DNA from: Setoptus koraiensis
Lineage: Eukaryota; Animalia; Arthropoda
NCBI GenBank assembly: GCA_048013815.1
Contig: CM106586.1
Span: forward strand, 23,002,001-23,066,000
Direction: 5' to 3'
DNA: 64,000 bases
The position numbers and the translations under genes are program-made. Of this stretch, positions 47,597 through 60,537 are shown piece after piece. The notes under the pieces were generated by a model that made no database searches, was not told where the DNA came from, and saw nothing but the letters and a program-made list of their open reading frames with translations. Position 1 is the first letter of the stretch. Every line of letters starts with the position of its first letter.

Positions 47597-48780
47597 ATGG
47601 ATATCAAAACGATACTTATAAGTGATCAGATAGATCCTCAAGTAATCGAAAGATTACAAGAAGCCAATTTGCAAGTGGACTACCATCCTCTCATTACACC
47701 AGAGAAACTGAGAGAAAGTATAAAGGTAAGTGTAATAACATTACATAATAAAAGAGGGACGAACATTCTTACATTATTATAGTGACATAATGATATAAAT
47801 TATATCATTCAACTATTTCGTCATCTTTCTTCTAGGACTTTGATGCCTTGATTGTTAGATCTAGAACAACAGTAACTAGAACTATCATTGAATCGGCCGA
47901 CAACCTCAAATTGATAGCAAGAGCTGGAGTTGGAGTAGATAATGTCGATTTGGACGCTGCTTCGGAGAGAAATGTTCTTGTCATCAAGTGAGCACACATA
48001 GCAAAATAATATCCCCTCTCTATATACTTTCGAACTAGATGCCATCCACTAACAATCGATACATTTCCTTGCTTGTAATGCTGATTAATCTAAAATAAAA
48101 GTGCCCCATCAGGAAACACCGTAAGTGCTTGCGAGCTGACATGCTTGCATATTCTTACTTTGGCCAGGCCAACTGCCGAAGCATGCCAATCATTGCGAGG
48201 TGGTGTTTGGCGTCGCAAGGATTTCATTGGCAATGAGGTCCTCGGAAAGACCCTTGCTATTGTTGGATTGGGTCGGATAGGCCGCGAGGTAGGACAAAGG
48301 ATGATGGCGTTCGGTATGAAAATTATAGGATATGACCCCATTGTGTCGGCAGCTGATGTGCAGAGACTCGGCTTTGAGCCGGTTACTTTAGCGGAATTGT
48401 GGCCTAGAGCTGATTTTATTACATTTCACGTACCGCTCATTAGAGAAACCTATCATTTGCTTAATAGGACAACTCTGGATCAATGCAAAACGGGTGTTAA
48501 GGTTGTAAATTGTGCCCGTGGCGGTGTCATAGATGAAGATGCCCTACTTGAGGCCTTAACCGCTCACAAGGTGTCCGGAGCTGCCTTGGATGTTTTCGAA
48601 CAGGAACCTCCGAGAAACGAGGATTTGTTGCGCCATCCGTCTGTATTTGTGACGCCTCATCTAGGCGCTAGCACTCATGAAGCTCAAGCTAGAGTTGGCA
48701 TGGAGATAGTTGATCAAATACTAGATTTGATTCATGGAAAAAAAGTCGTTGGTGCAGTGAATTTAAATAGAATACAATGA
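47597..48780 (+). CDS. PHGDH: D-3-phosphoglycerate dehydrogenase, short form (319 aa)
   Basis: join(47597..47725,47836..47987,48102..48780). Motifs [71 protein letters not shown]. Confidence 0.93.
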
Positions 48781-49064
48781 ATTAAATAAGAACATAGAAA
48801 AATCGATCTTTCGAGTCCTTCAACAGAATTCTGATCACAATCTGATGTGTCACCACTTTTCTCAAATATCTAAAACATACCTTTTCATGTCTACAACATT
48901 GCCACGTTCGACCTCTAGTAAAATGTTTTCTCACAGTTCTGGTGGCTAACGCTCGTGGTCTCTAATAATAGGATTATCTGAAGAGCTGATAGCTCTGAGG
49001 GAATGCCGTTTATTTTTTCCGAATTGTCCGGAGGAATAGGCTCCAAGATAAAGAGCAGTTGAAA

Positions 49065-49658
49065 CTAGACAACCCGATCCAGAGGCCTATTAAATCCACC
49101 CTTTCTATTCATATATTGTCTATATCTTCTCTTCTGAGCGACATGGACAGCCGACACGTTGTTTCCCTCGACATGTTTGCCTTTAGTGCTATCGAAGTCG
49201 GCAAAGCCCATAATTTTTCTCATAAGTTCTGCTTCATCATCCGGAGGCGTAGGAATCTGGCTTAAGTCATCAGGAGGCGGTGGTTTGATATCATCAATGT
49301 CCAAATTTTTTGTCATTCTATTTCTGTCTAAAGTCGCTTGGACATCGTCTTTGTGCCTGCTTCTGCTTCGGCTTCTACTTCTGCTTCGACCACGATTTCG
49401 TTCCCGATCCCTTTCTCGACCTCTTTCCCGATCCCGATCCCTGTCTCTATCTCTGGGCCTATCTCTATCTCTATTTTTTGGCCTATCACTATGTCTATCT
49501 CTTGGGCGATCCCTATCACGGATTCTGTCTCTGTCTCTTTCTTTTTCTCGATCCCTATCTCTATCTCTGACCCTTTCTCTGTCCCGATCCCTAACCCGAT
49601 CTATATCTCTGTCCTTGCCTCTATCCCTCATCCGATCCCTTTCGCGTTCATTGGGCAT
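49065..49658 (-). CDS. SNRNP27: U4/U6.U5 small nuclear ribonucleoprotein 27 kDa protein
   Basis: RD/RS-rich N-terminus and the conserved C-terminus [17 protein letters not shown]...[19 protein letters not shown]. An upstream exon cannot be excluded. Confidence 0.93.
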   Translation of the reverse strand: MPNERERDRMRDRGKDRDIDRVRDRDRERVRDRDRDREKERDRDRIRDRDRPRDRHSDRPKNRDRDRPRDRDRDRDRERGRERDRERNRGRSRSRSRSRSRHKDDVQATLDRNRMTKNLDIDDIKPPPPDDLSQIPTPPDDEAELMRKIMGFADFDSTKGKHVEGNNVSAVHVAQKRRYRQYMNRKGGFNRPLDRVV

Positions 49659-50018
49659 AGCGCTTGATGAAAAAGGTAAAAGTATGAGACAAGTCCGATG
49701 GGTGGGATGGTTTAAAAATAACTACAGTGCAATTCGAAGACGAAGAATTAACACGCTTCGAATGTTTTCAATGGACGTCCGGATTGAGATCCTGGTCGAT
49801 TATAAGTGGGCAGTCGAAAAATAAATCCAGTTTACTGTTGGGTGAAAAACAGTGGCAGAGGAGACAATATAATATGGCTAGTAAAATAAATAATATGCTC
49901 TGAGGTTCTCATCAGAGGTGACATGAGGTAACGTGAATGACCATCTGATTAGAATTTCAATCCAAAACAAACGATCAGCGCCAACTTGTACAGGGTGAAA
50001 CATTAACTTAGGGTTGCA

Positions 50019-50518
50019 NNNNNNNNNNNNNNNNNNNNNNNNNNNNNNNNNNNNNNNNNNNNNNNNNNNNNNNNNNNNNNNNNNNNNNNNNNNNNNNNNN
50101 NNNNNNNNNNNNNNNNNNNNNNNNNNNNNNNNNNNNNNNNNNNNNNNNNNNNNNNNNNNNNNNNNNNNNNNNNNNNNNNNNNNNNNNNNNNNNNNNNNNN
50201 NNNNNNNNNNNNNNNNNNNNNNNNNNNNNNNNNNNNNNNNNNNNNNNNNNNNNNNNNNNNNNNNNNNNNNNNNNNNNNNNNNNNNNNNNNNNNNNNNNNN
50301 NNNNNNNNNNNNNNNNNNNNNNNNNNNNNNNNNNNNNNNNNNNNNNNNNNNNNNNNNNNNNNNNNNNNNNNNNNNNNNNNNNNNNNNNNNNNNNNNNNNN
50401 NNNNNNNNNNNNNNNNNNNNNNNNNNNNNNNNNNNNNNNNNNNNNNNNNNNNNNNNNNNNNNNNNNNNNNNNNNNNNNNNNNNNNNNNNNNNNNNNNNNN
50501 NNNNNNNNNNNNNNNNNN
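50019..50518. other. Assembly (scaffold) gap, 500 N
   Basis: Run of N. Confidence 1.
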
Positions 50519-53500
50519 AAGCGTGGTAGCACACAATTATTATTTTTATTTAGTTATTGTGTGCATATTGGTACACATAGTTACAAGAAAATTTTGTTAT
50601 AATTTGAAATGCTTTCGAGATGAGACTTTTATTTAAACTTGACCGCTGATTCGGCTCACTCAACCTTCTTCATTAGGATCTATAGAAAACTTTCAAGGTT
50701 GGAAACTGATGCCACCATATATCGTGTTGTGTTGACCATTGACTCAGTTACGTGCCGGCATCACCTATGTATAATATTTCAGGCATTTCTTAAGGCTACT
50801 ACTAACAAAAGCTAGTAGTAGTATATGTATATATATATATACTTAGTCGAGATTTGAAACTAATATTGAGATTCATTATTAACAGGGTTATTATTTCATA
50901 AAAATGCATCTCTCTCTTGGAAAATCTCTAGTTGCAGTTTTTACATTAGAATCATAAAAATAGTGACCTGCTCAGATTACTGTCGTTGTACTCAACCATT
51001 GATACAATCATGGTTCATGTATGAATCTATCATCTATTACCTGGTTGACTCAGATAACCAGGTTTCATTTTGTTGCTCATTGGTTTCCCATACGGCCAAA
51101 TATTCCTAGACTAGACAACAACAACATCAACACCAACAACAACAACAGTAACAACCAACTTCACCCACAATCAATGAATGAAATATGATTCCCAGGACAC
51201 ACAATGTGTTTTGTTGTGTAAGAGTAGAGTTGTTTGTCGATTAGTAGCTTTAAGCTCCTCGGATTTAATAGATGAATTATGTGACATAATAATAATAATA
51301 ATATTATATTTTATATATATCTGTTTAAATTTCACTGCACTGCCACATTTTCGTGAGTGTCTAATGAGTTGATCCGCATAAGTCGTACTATTGTTATTAT
51401 TATTGTATTGAGTTACAGGTTACAAAGAAAAATGATGGGACACATGTTAGAGTGGTTGGAATAGAAAGAAATAAGAACAAAAAGATGTTGTAAAGTTATC
51501 ATGATCATCATCATAGTTATTCCTCTACTTACTATTGTCATTGTTATCTTGCAAATGTTTTGCAACTCTCATTCTAGCATCTGGTACATCAAAGTTCAAT
51601 CCTAATCTAAGTAGTGTGTTATTTTTCTCGACCAACTTTGCTATATCCATCTCAATTCGATTACCTAGAATTTGTGGCCTTTGATTACTTGCTCTTAGCT
51701 CTAATACTTTTTGTTTCTCTAAAAGTGCATCAATCAATGTTCTTATCATTACTCCGGATAAGAAGTTTGAATCTAGATTGATGATCTTTAAAGTTGTATT
51801 CTGTTTTATTGCATCAACCAGCTTGGAAATTGGACCATCGGTCAGACCAACGTTACAAAGACTTATTGTTTTGAGGTTTGTGTTAGTTTTAAGACCTTCA
51901 AATATCTTCTTAAATGTATCTCTTGTTATGTGTTTTATATTGTTTAAATTTACTTCTGTTAATTCTGCATCATTTTTTGCTATTAGCTCTGCCGTCTTTA
52001 TAGGATCTGTTGTATTGTCTGGTTCTATCTTAGATGGTTTTAAGGGTGTAGATTTGACTATAGATTCAAATTTATCTCCTGGACGTTGGGATTTATTTGT
52101 TATTGACGCATAATATTGATCTTGATTCAACATTGAATGTAAACCTAAAATACCGGCCAAATCAACCAAATCAGATTCGGTGGCAGTATTTAATGCTTTA
52201 GAGCTGTCATCATCTAAATCAAGCATTAATGGTATCTCATCGCTAGGATGACTTGGCACTACTTTTGGTGTAAACACCTTGCCCAATTTTACTCCTGATA
52301 CATATCGTTTATTTTCAGGCCAGTCTTGTTGCTCCATGGCATATTTAGCCAAATAATGTATGAGCTTTCTTCTATTTAAAGGTCCCGTAGGATCTTTAGA
52401 AGTTTGATTTTTACATCTTTGTGATGGAGGTAATAATGTGTCATCTGGGTCCACTTCATTACTCAATTGTTCAAGTTCCTCAGGTGACAATTTGGCTAAA
52501 ATTTCGTCAACAGGTATGTTATCATATTCTCTAAGATCTTTTCCATACAGCATATAAATGCCTTGAGGTTGTTGTGTAGGAGGAGTTGTTGGTTCTGTGA
52601 TAGGGGGTTGTTTAATTTGAGAAGATGTCTTATTGTTGACATTGTTAGTAGTACGGATTACATGGTTGTCCTGTTCTGGTGACGATTCATCTCGTCTGTT
52701 ATCGATCACCCTGGTACTTTTGGTGACCTGTTTGTTAGAAGTTCGCACAGTGGTGGACGATGATGATGATGACGACGATGTTGTGAATTTAGATTCATGG
52801 TGGTTTGCCGTTTGAGAGGAAAATGCCGAGAGCATTTGATGGTGTTATATGGATTGATACAAATAATAGATTTTATGAAAAAATTCAATAAACAAATTAA
52901 ATTTTCAGGGAAGAGAATTCAATATTAAAAATGAATTAATGCTTTGTGTTGATTGCATGTCAAGCGATAAACTCATCTAATATAGTCTTCTATTTCGTTG
53001 TTGTTGTTGTTGTTAGCTAACCTTTGTGTATTCGATCTCGTACTCATCATAGGCGTCGTCGTCACTCATGTTGATGCCAAAATCTATTTATCGAAGCTTG
53101 TTTATTGTAGAATGTGGTTAAGCTAAAAATGACGGGATGTAAGGCAAAGATATTGTATGAGAGATAGGGAATATGTTTGAGATGAGAATTCAGATTTTCT
53201 TCGTATCACACAAGACGCATTTTGAAATGATGAAGTCGAGGGAATGATACGGAGGCTTAATCGATTAGATAAGCGAATAGATGCTTGACATTATGCGCTG
53301 GGTTCGATAAGATCGGAGAGTTCAACATGAGCGTGGATAGATCATCCGCTATGGATAATTGAAGCCAGACATTGGCTGGACCCGATGTATTACCTTTGAC
53401 GATGTCAAAGCCTTCTCGGCTCGGGATCGTTGCTTGGGCTTGTTGTGTTATCGAAGCGTTGTTGGAGCGGTATAATATAGTTGTGCCGCAGTAAAGATGC

Positions 53501-53675
53501 TGCAGTGTAGTGTTGTTGTTGCGGGCTTGTGTGTAGCGGTAATAGGAAGAGAGATAATATCCGCTAATGACGATAGAGTATTAACGATAAATACTAGCAA
53601 TAATATTAGTGTTAATAATTGCAATCTAGTTATAATGTATTAATAATAATAATGATAAAAATTCGGTCCCCTCCT
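50519..53675 (-). repeat. Left arm of an approximately 3.1 kb inverted duplication
   Basis: Reverse complement of about 54994-58127. Mirrored coordinates sum to 108646 from the gap edge through tropomodulin exon 1. Confidence 0.95.
51332..53069 (-). CDS. tmod: Tropomodulin, copy 1
   Basis: complement(join(51332..51387,51533..52727,53022..53069)), the mirror of copy 2. The ORF-track protein is identical to the + copy. Confidence 0.9.
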
Positions 53676-54993
53676 TCGGCTAATACAATCCCGTAGTAGT
53701 TAAATGCTTACACAGATGTGTGTATATCGCGTCACTTGCAAGCCAAGAATGTGTTTTTCCTCGGATAGTTTTTGATGGAATTTAATATTGTATGAGTATA
53801 TTCCTAAGCCAATCCGTTGATGTTAGCAGACAGGCAGATATACAGAGACAAACAAACAAACGTGATAGTTGTTACATGGATTCACTATGGGACACGATGA
53901 TCTAACGAGCCTTCTCACGACTTGATTCGTGTGTGTGTGTGCGCTTGCTGCGTTCGCCAATTCCAAAGTGTAGACACGGATGCGAAAAAAATGCATGAGG
54001 GCGGCGCTCCCAGCTTTCGTGTGTGCTATGCTGCTGCTGCTGCGAAAAGCAGTTAGCTGTGCGCAATGAGTGCAATCTGCAGGACGGCCAACCCGGCAGC
54101 AAGCGTCGCGCCCCTCGCGTGAAAAACCGCGTCATCACATCATTGCTCAATACTGGCTAAATGGAATCAATCAAAAAAGAGCAAACATTTACTTGAGACA
54201 CTCGCTGCTTGTTTGTCCGTATTCATGAGCTATCCAAAAGCTCTGGCAGCGCCCCTAGCGGATTTCTTCTCCTTTTTGTTTGAAAAATGACGAACCGCAG
54301 AGAGCGAATGCAAACGAATGCTGAGCTCGCCATACAACACACAGTTTGCTTGCAAAGGGAAGGTCATGACCCTCTGTATCCATCGCTGAAAGTTTTCGAG
54401 CATCTTAACACAACATCCTCGCCTCTTTTCCCCCGTCATTTTGTTGTATTTTACGTCCTTTTATGACCTTCCCTTCGTCTCTGCCGCTGCAATCGCGTGC
54501 CCCCTAGCTCGGTGGGGGCAACAGTTTTTTCTCCTCTCTCACTCGCCCAGTTGATTGTTGTTGCAGCACACACACACACACACACACATTCGATTTGTGT
54601 GCGGGCGTGTTTGTGCACAGGTCACTGCATCCAGTGTTATTGTTGGATGCTAGCTTTTGCACAGAAATGTAAATTATTATTTTACGCACTCACACACACA
54701 CAGACACACACACACACGAATCAAGTTGGTGAGGCTCGTTATATCATACACAGTGAATCCATACAGCCATCCCTGTGGTTTGTGTGTGCGTCTGTGTGAC
54801 TGTGCGCTCACAACAGATTCTCGCATGGGAGACACATACAAAACTAAATTCCATTAGTAACGACTGTGAACAAAAAAGAAACACATTCTTGGCTTCTAAA
54901 TGACGCGATATATTCATTTGATGAATACATACACTTGATATTATCTTGTACATATAACCACCAATACGTTCTATTGTATATCTAACGTATCTC

Positions 54994-57900
54994 AGGAGGG
55001 GACGGAATTTTTATAATCAACACTACGCGTTATATCAATACAACAACAACAATCACGATAGATAGCGACTATTAATACTAATACTATCACCATTTTTATC
55101 ATTAATAGTCTATCATCATTAGCGGATATTATCTCTCCCTCTTCCTACTGCGACAACTGACTGCATCAGCAACAATACTACCGTAATATTAACAGCTCCA
55201 ATACACCAACACAAGCGCAAGCAGCGATCCCCGAGCCGAGAAGGCTTTGACATCGTCAAAGGTAATACATCGGGTCCAGCCAATGTCTGGCTTCAATTAT
55301 CCATAGCGGATGATCTATCCACGCTCATGTTGAACTCTCCGATCTTATCGAACCCAGCGCATAATGTCAAGCATCTATTCGCTTATCTAATCGATTAAGC
55401 CTCCGCATCATTCCCTCCACTACACACCATCTCAAAATGCGTCTTGTGCGTGATACGACGAAAATCTAAACATATTCCCTATCTCTCATACATTATCTTT
55501 GCCTTGCATCCCGTCATTTTTAGCTTAACCACATTCTACAATAAACAAGCTTCGATAAATAGATTTTGGCATCAACATGAGTGACGACGACGCCTATGAT
55601 GAGTACGAGATCGAATACACAAAGGTTAGCTAACAACAACAACAACAACGAAATAGAAGACTATATTAGATGAGTTTATCGCTTGACATGCAATCAACAC
55701 AAAGCATTAATTCATTTTTAATATTGAATTCTCTTCCCTGAAAATTTAATTTGTTTATTGAATTTTTTCATAAAATCTATTATTTGTATCAATCCATATA
55801 ACACCATCAAATGCTCTCGGCATTTTCCTCTCAAACGGCAAACCACCATGAATCTAAATTCACAACATCGTCGTCATCATCATCATCGTCCACCACTGTG
55901 CGAACTTCTAACAAACAGGTCACCAAAAGTACCAGGGTGATCGATAACAGACGAGATGAATCGTCACCAGAACAGGACAACCATGTAATCCGTACTACTA
56001 ACAATGTCAACAATAAGACATCTTCTCAAATTAAACAACCCCCTATCACAGAACCAACAACTCCTCCTACACAACAACCTCAAGGCATTTATATGCTGTA
56101 TGGAAAAGATCTTAGAGAATATGATAACATACCTGTTGACGAAATTTTAGCCAAATTGTCACCTGAGGAACTTGAACAATTGAGTAATGAAGTGGACCCA
56201 GATGACACATTATTACCTCCATCACAAAGATGTAAAAATCAAACTTCTAAAGATCCTACGGGACCTTTAAATAGAAGAAAGCTCATACATTATTTGGCTA
56301 AATATGCCATGGAGCAACAAGACTGGCCTGAAAATAAACGATATGTATCAGGAGTAAAATTGGGCAAGGTGTTTACACCAAAAGTAGTGCCAAGTCATCC
56401 TAGCGATGAGATACCATTAATGCTTGATTTAGATGATGACAGCTCTAAAGCATTAAATACTGCCACCGAATCTGATTTGGTTGATTTGGCCGGTATTTTA
56501 GGTTTACATTCAATGTTGAATCAAGATCAATATTATGCGTCAATAACAAATAAATCCCAACGTCCAGGAGATAAATTTGAATCTATAGTCAAATCTACAC
56601 CCTTAAAACCATCTAAGATAGAACCAGACAATACAACAGATCCTATAAAGACGGCAGAGCTAATAGCAAAAAATGATGCAGAATTAACAGAAGTAAATTT
56701 AAACAATATAAAACACATAACAAGAGATACATTTAAGAAGATATTTGAAGGTCTTAAAACTAACACAAACCTCAAAACAATAAGTCTTTGTAACGTTGGT
56801 CTGACCGATGGTCCAATTTCCAAGCTGGTTGATGCAATAAAACAGAATACAACTTTAAAGATCATCAATCTAGATTCAAACTTCTTATCCGGAGTAATGA
56901 TAAGAACATTGATTGATGCACTTTTAGAGAAACAAAAAGTATTAGAGCTAAGAGCAAGTAATCAAAGGCCACAAATTCTAGGTAATCGAATTGAGATGGA
57001 TATAGCAAAGTTGGTCGAGAAAAATAACACACTACTTAGATTAGGATTGAACTTTGATGTACCAGATGCTAGAATGAGAGTTGCAAAACATTTGCAAGAT
57101 AACAATGACAATAGTAAGTAGAGGAATAACTATGATGATGATCATGATAACTTTACAACATCTTTTTGTTCTTATTTCTTTCTATTCCAACCACTCTAAC
57201 ATGTGTCCCATCATTTTTCTTTGTAACCTGTAACTCAATACAATAATAATAACAATAGTACGACTTATGCGGATCAACTCATTAGACACTCACGAAAATG
57301 TGGCAGTGCAGTGAAATTTAAACAGATATATATAAAATATAATATTATTATTATTATTATGTCACATAATTCATCTATTAAATCCGAGGAGCTTAAAGCT
57401 ACTAATCGACAAACAACTCTACTCTTACACAACAAAACACATTGTGTGTCCTGGGAATCATATTTCATTCATTGATTGTGGGTGAAGTTGGTTGTTACTG
57501 TTGTTGTTGTTGGTGTTGATGTTGTTGTTGTCTAGTCTAGGAATATTTGGCCGTATGGGAAACCAATGAGCAACTTATTGAAACCTGGTTATCTGAGTCA
57601 ACCAGGTAATAGATGATAGATTCATACATGAACCATGATTGTATCAATGGTTGAGTACAACGGCAGTAATCTGAGCAGGTCACTATTTTTATGATTCTAA
57701 TGTAAAAACTGCAACTAGAGATTTTCCAAGAGAGAGATGCATTTTTATGAAATAATAACCCTGTTAATAATGAATCTCAATATTAGTTTCAAATCTCGAC
57801 TAAGTATATATACATATACATATACTACTACTAGCTTTTGTTAGTAGTAGCCTTAAGAAATGCCTGAAATATTATACATAGGTGATGCCGGCACGTAACT

Positions 57901-58127
57901 GAGTCAATGGTCAACACAACACGATATATGGTGGCATCAGTTTCCAACCTTGAAAGTTTTCTATAGATCCTAATGAAGAAGGTTGAGTGAGCCGAATCAG
58001 CGGTCAAGTTTAAATAAAAGTCTCATCTCGAAAGCATTTCAAATTATAACAAACTTTTCTTGTAACTATGTGTACCAATATGCACACAATAACTAAATAA
58101 AAATAATAATTGTGTGCTACCACGCTT
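54994..58127 (+). repeat. Right arm of the inverted duplication
   Basis: Reverse complement of 50519-53675. Confidence 0.95.
55577..57314 (+). CDS. tmod: Tropomodulin, copy 2 (about 432 aa)
   Basis: join(55577..55624,55919..57113,57259..57314), 1299 nt. Motifs DEILAKLSPEELEQL, LLPPSQRCKNQTSKDPTGPLNRRKL, DLAGILGLH, LRR cap (EVNLNNIK, NLDSNFLSG, ELRASNQ, TLLRLG) and a spliced C-terminus NNDNIRLMR. Confidence 0.92.
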
Positions 58128-58648
58128 ACAGCTCCGTCGTTGTCCTTGACCAAATATGCTTGTCGAAACGCCAGAATCGGATGAGAGAATGAACAAGGGG
58201 CCGGGTTTGGAATAGCAATCGTTATATCGCTCAGATTGCGAAATTCCCCTGAATCTTGGTTGAGATAGAGAGGTATATTTCAAGAGATTAAAGAGTGCTA
58301 TCAAAAAGAACGCCAACATACGCTGTTGATGCAAGATTGCTGATGATAGGAGTTGTTGTTTGACAGCGGCCAGTTACTCATTTGTACATGATACTAATCT
58401 ATTTATTGATACAATATGGATACAGGTTTGTTTTTGTGAATGGTCTATAGTACATATTTTTGTGGGTTTACCGGGTAGCTCACTGCGTCATCCGAGACTC
58501 AAATGTTACAGGAATGACAATGGGACAGGCGTGTCAGTTGGATCGGGACGATCGCTTGGACGGAAGTAGTTGGTCTGAAGTCGGGGATAGTTGATGTGTG
58601 TGTGTGAATGTATATAGATAGATTTCAAAAAGATAGTTATTTATTTGA

Positions 58649-59756
58649 CTATCTCGTCACTGAGTCTGAGGAACTGTCCGTTAGTGCGCTGCTTCCCGAC
58701 GATGAGTCGACATTGGTCGCTGAGCCCGATGATGATGAGTCGTCACCCTCGTCTACCGAGGCCACCTCTGAGGCTAACGAGCCCGTATTATCGGTGTTAT
58801 CGATAAGCGATGCGCTTGATGATGCACCGTCGCTAGAGGCGCCCAATGCCGATCCCGAGGTTCCCGATCCGGGCGCCACTCCCACTAAGGGATTTGGATT
58901 TGTTAGGCCGGCCGATGGTTGGTTGTTGTAAATTTGCACTTGTTTACTACCAATAACATCTATAAGCTGGGCAGAATGCAACGCCACCAATATTGTTCTT
59001 GGGCCAGCCTTTCTAGGTACAAATGATTCAATATGTGTTATAGTTTCTAATGGCAATATATCACGATAGGCTATTTGTAATGGTTGCGCTAATCCGGGTC
59101 CCTCAACTGTAAAACCGCAACTAGTTAAACGTTGCTCCAATGGATTAGTGAATCTAATTTCTAAATCAAACTTTCTATTAACCATTAATTGTCCATGTGT
59201 TTGTACCAGCAATTGTGGCTTCTCAATCATAAAATCGTCCTCTTCTGACCATGTCTGTTGTGTCTCCTTTACAGTGGCTATAGCGTATATTTTCATCATA
59301 CTATAATCGACCAATTTGTCGATGTAATCGTCGGAGCCAACGCGAATCCTCAGCACTTGTTCTTGGCGCCCATTGAGTGTAATGCTCTGACGATCACGTT
59401 TGACCTTTTGGGCAAGTATACCTGTGTAAAAGACAGAACTTGCCGATAGGGCTATGGTGATGGTGCGCCTGAAATCGCTTCTATTTATCACTTTAACTAT
59501 GACAAAGAATGGCTGGCCCACCATGACCTTGTCAATGTCAATCAAATCGAACTCGACGTCCTCTTTGCCCGGGGCCGGTTGCTCGAACAAGAAGCCCAAA
59601 CCGCCGCATCGGGCCGCATTCAACACGGACATACGTTCCTCTTCGGTGCCCTCTTTATTCTTGTATTGCGATATAATGTCCTCGGCATCGGCCACGCCCG
59701 TGGCCGTGTAATCGTCCAACATTCCAATGCGCTTTGTGAATATTTTTCTGCCCACA
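58649..59756 (-). CDS. Tg: 3' exon of a transglutaminase (hemocyte TG/annulin type): end of core plus two beta-barrel domains and a Ser/Asp-rich tail; 5'-partial
   Basis: VGRKIFTK, EDIISQYKNKEGTEEER, EDVEFDL, VMVGQPF, SASSVFYTG, QTWSEEDDF, FTNPL...LTSCGFTVEGPGL, LHSAQLIDVIGS. Candidate acceptor CAG at 59757-59759; in-frame ATG at 59770. No catalytic exon was found up to 64000. Confidence 0.85.
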
Positions 59757-60469
59757 CTGCGATGTGCCATTCATATTAATTTTAATTTATTAATTAGTTA
59801 ATTAATTTGACAGCAGAATAAACAGAACAAACAAAGTGGCAAATTAGCAAGACAGATCGATTGAGAGAATTGTAATTAATTGCTGCCGCACTGACACTGA
59901 TTGGTGTCTGGCTGGCTCTTAAGTGTTTGCGCGTGCACTTCCGGCGACGCGCAAACAGCTCAGATAGCGAAAGTGACTCTCGTTAGATGGATTGTGATAC
60001 AGATGCTATCTTTTATATTTTATGGCAATATCTCGTATGCAAGCAGCTTGTCATCGTTATGATGATGGCGTCAACAGAGTGCACACACTTATTCACTGGA
60101 AATATTAATATCAGCAGCGACAGGTAGCAACAGTCAGAGTGGTTTATATTTATAGTTAAAGTGGGTGTTTAAAGGATAAATGACACTTAATTAGGAACTC
60201 GAACGCGTCCTTAATGGAGTTACCCTGCACCGGATGATAGGCGCGATGTTTGCAACGGTACAGCGGATAATTTGTTGCTGGCGCTGCCGTTGTCTGGCGA
60301 TACAACAGCGGCAAACAAACGGTTTGCAGAGCAGCTAATTAGTGAGAATCTAGTCAACAATTGACTATATTTGGCGTCTAATAATTCAGTTTTAATTAAG
60401 CCGACGACACACGCAGAAGCCTGTAGAATGTTGAGTGTCTCGTTGCGCCAAACAACAACAAGCAACAGC

Positions 60470-60537
60470 GAGCAACAACAAGCAACAACCAGCAACGACA
60501 AGCAACGACAAGCAACGACAAGCAACGACAAGCAACA
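60470..60537. repeat. 10-bp tandem repeat (AGCAACGACA-like), about 6 copies
   Basis: Directly visible; it underlies the spurious ORFs at 60220-60641. Confidence 0.85.

Noticed and set aside
49159-49824. 221-aa plus-strand ORF and neighbouring ORFs
   Set aside because: Antisense shadows of the RD/RS repeat region of SNRNP27.
49878-50536. ORFs of 171-218 aa spanning the N run
   Set aside because: Artefacts of translating the assembly gap.
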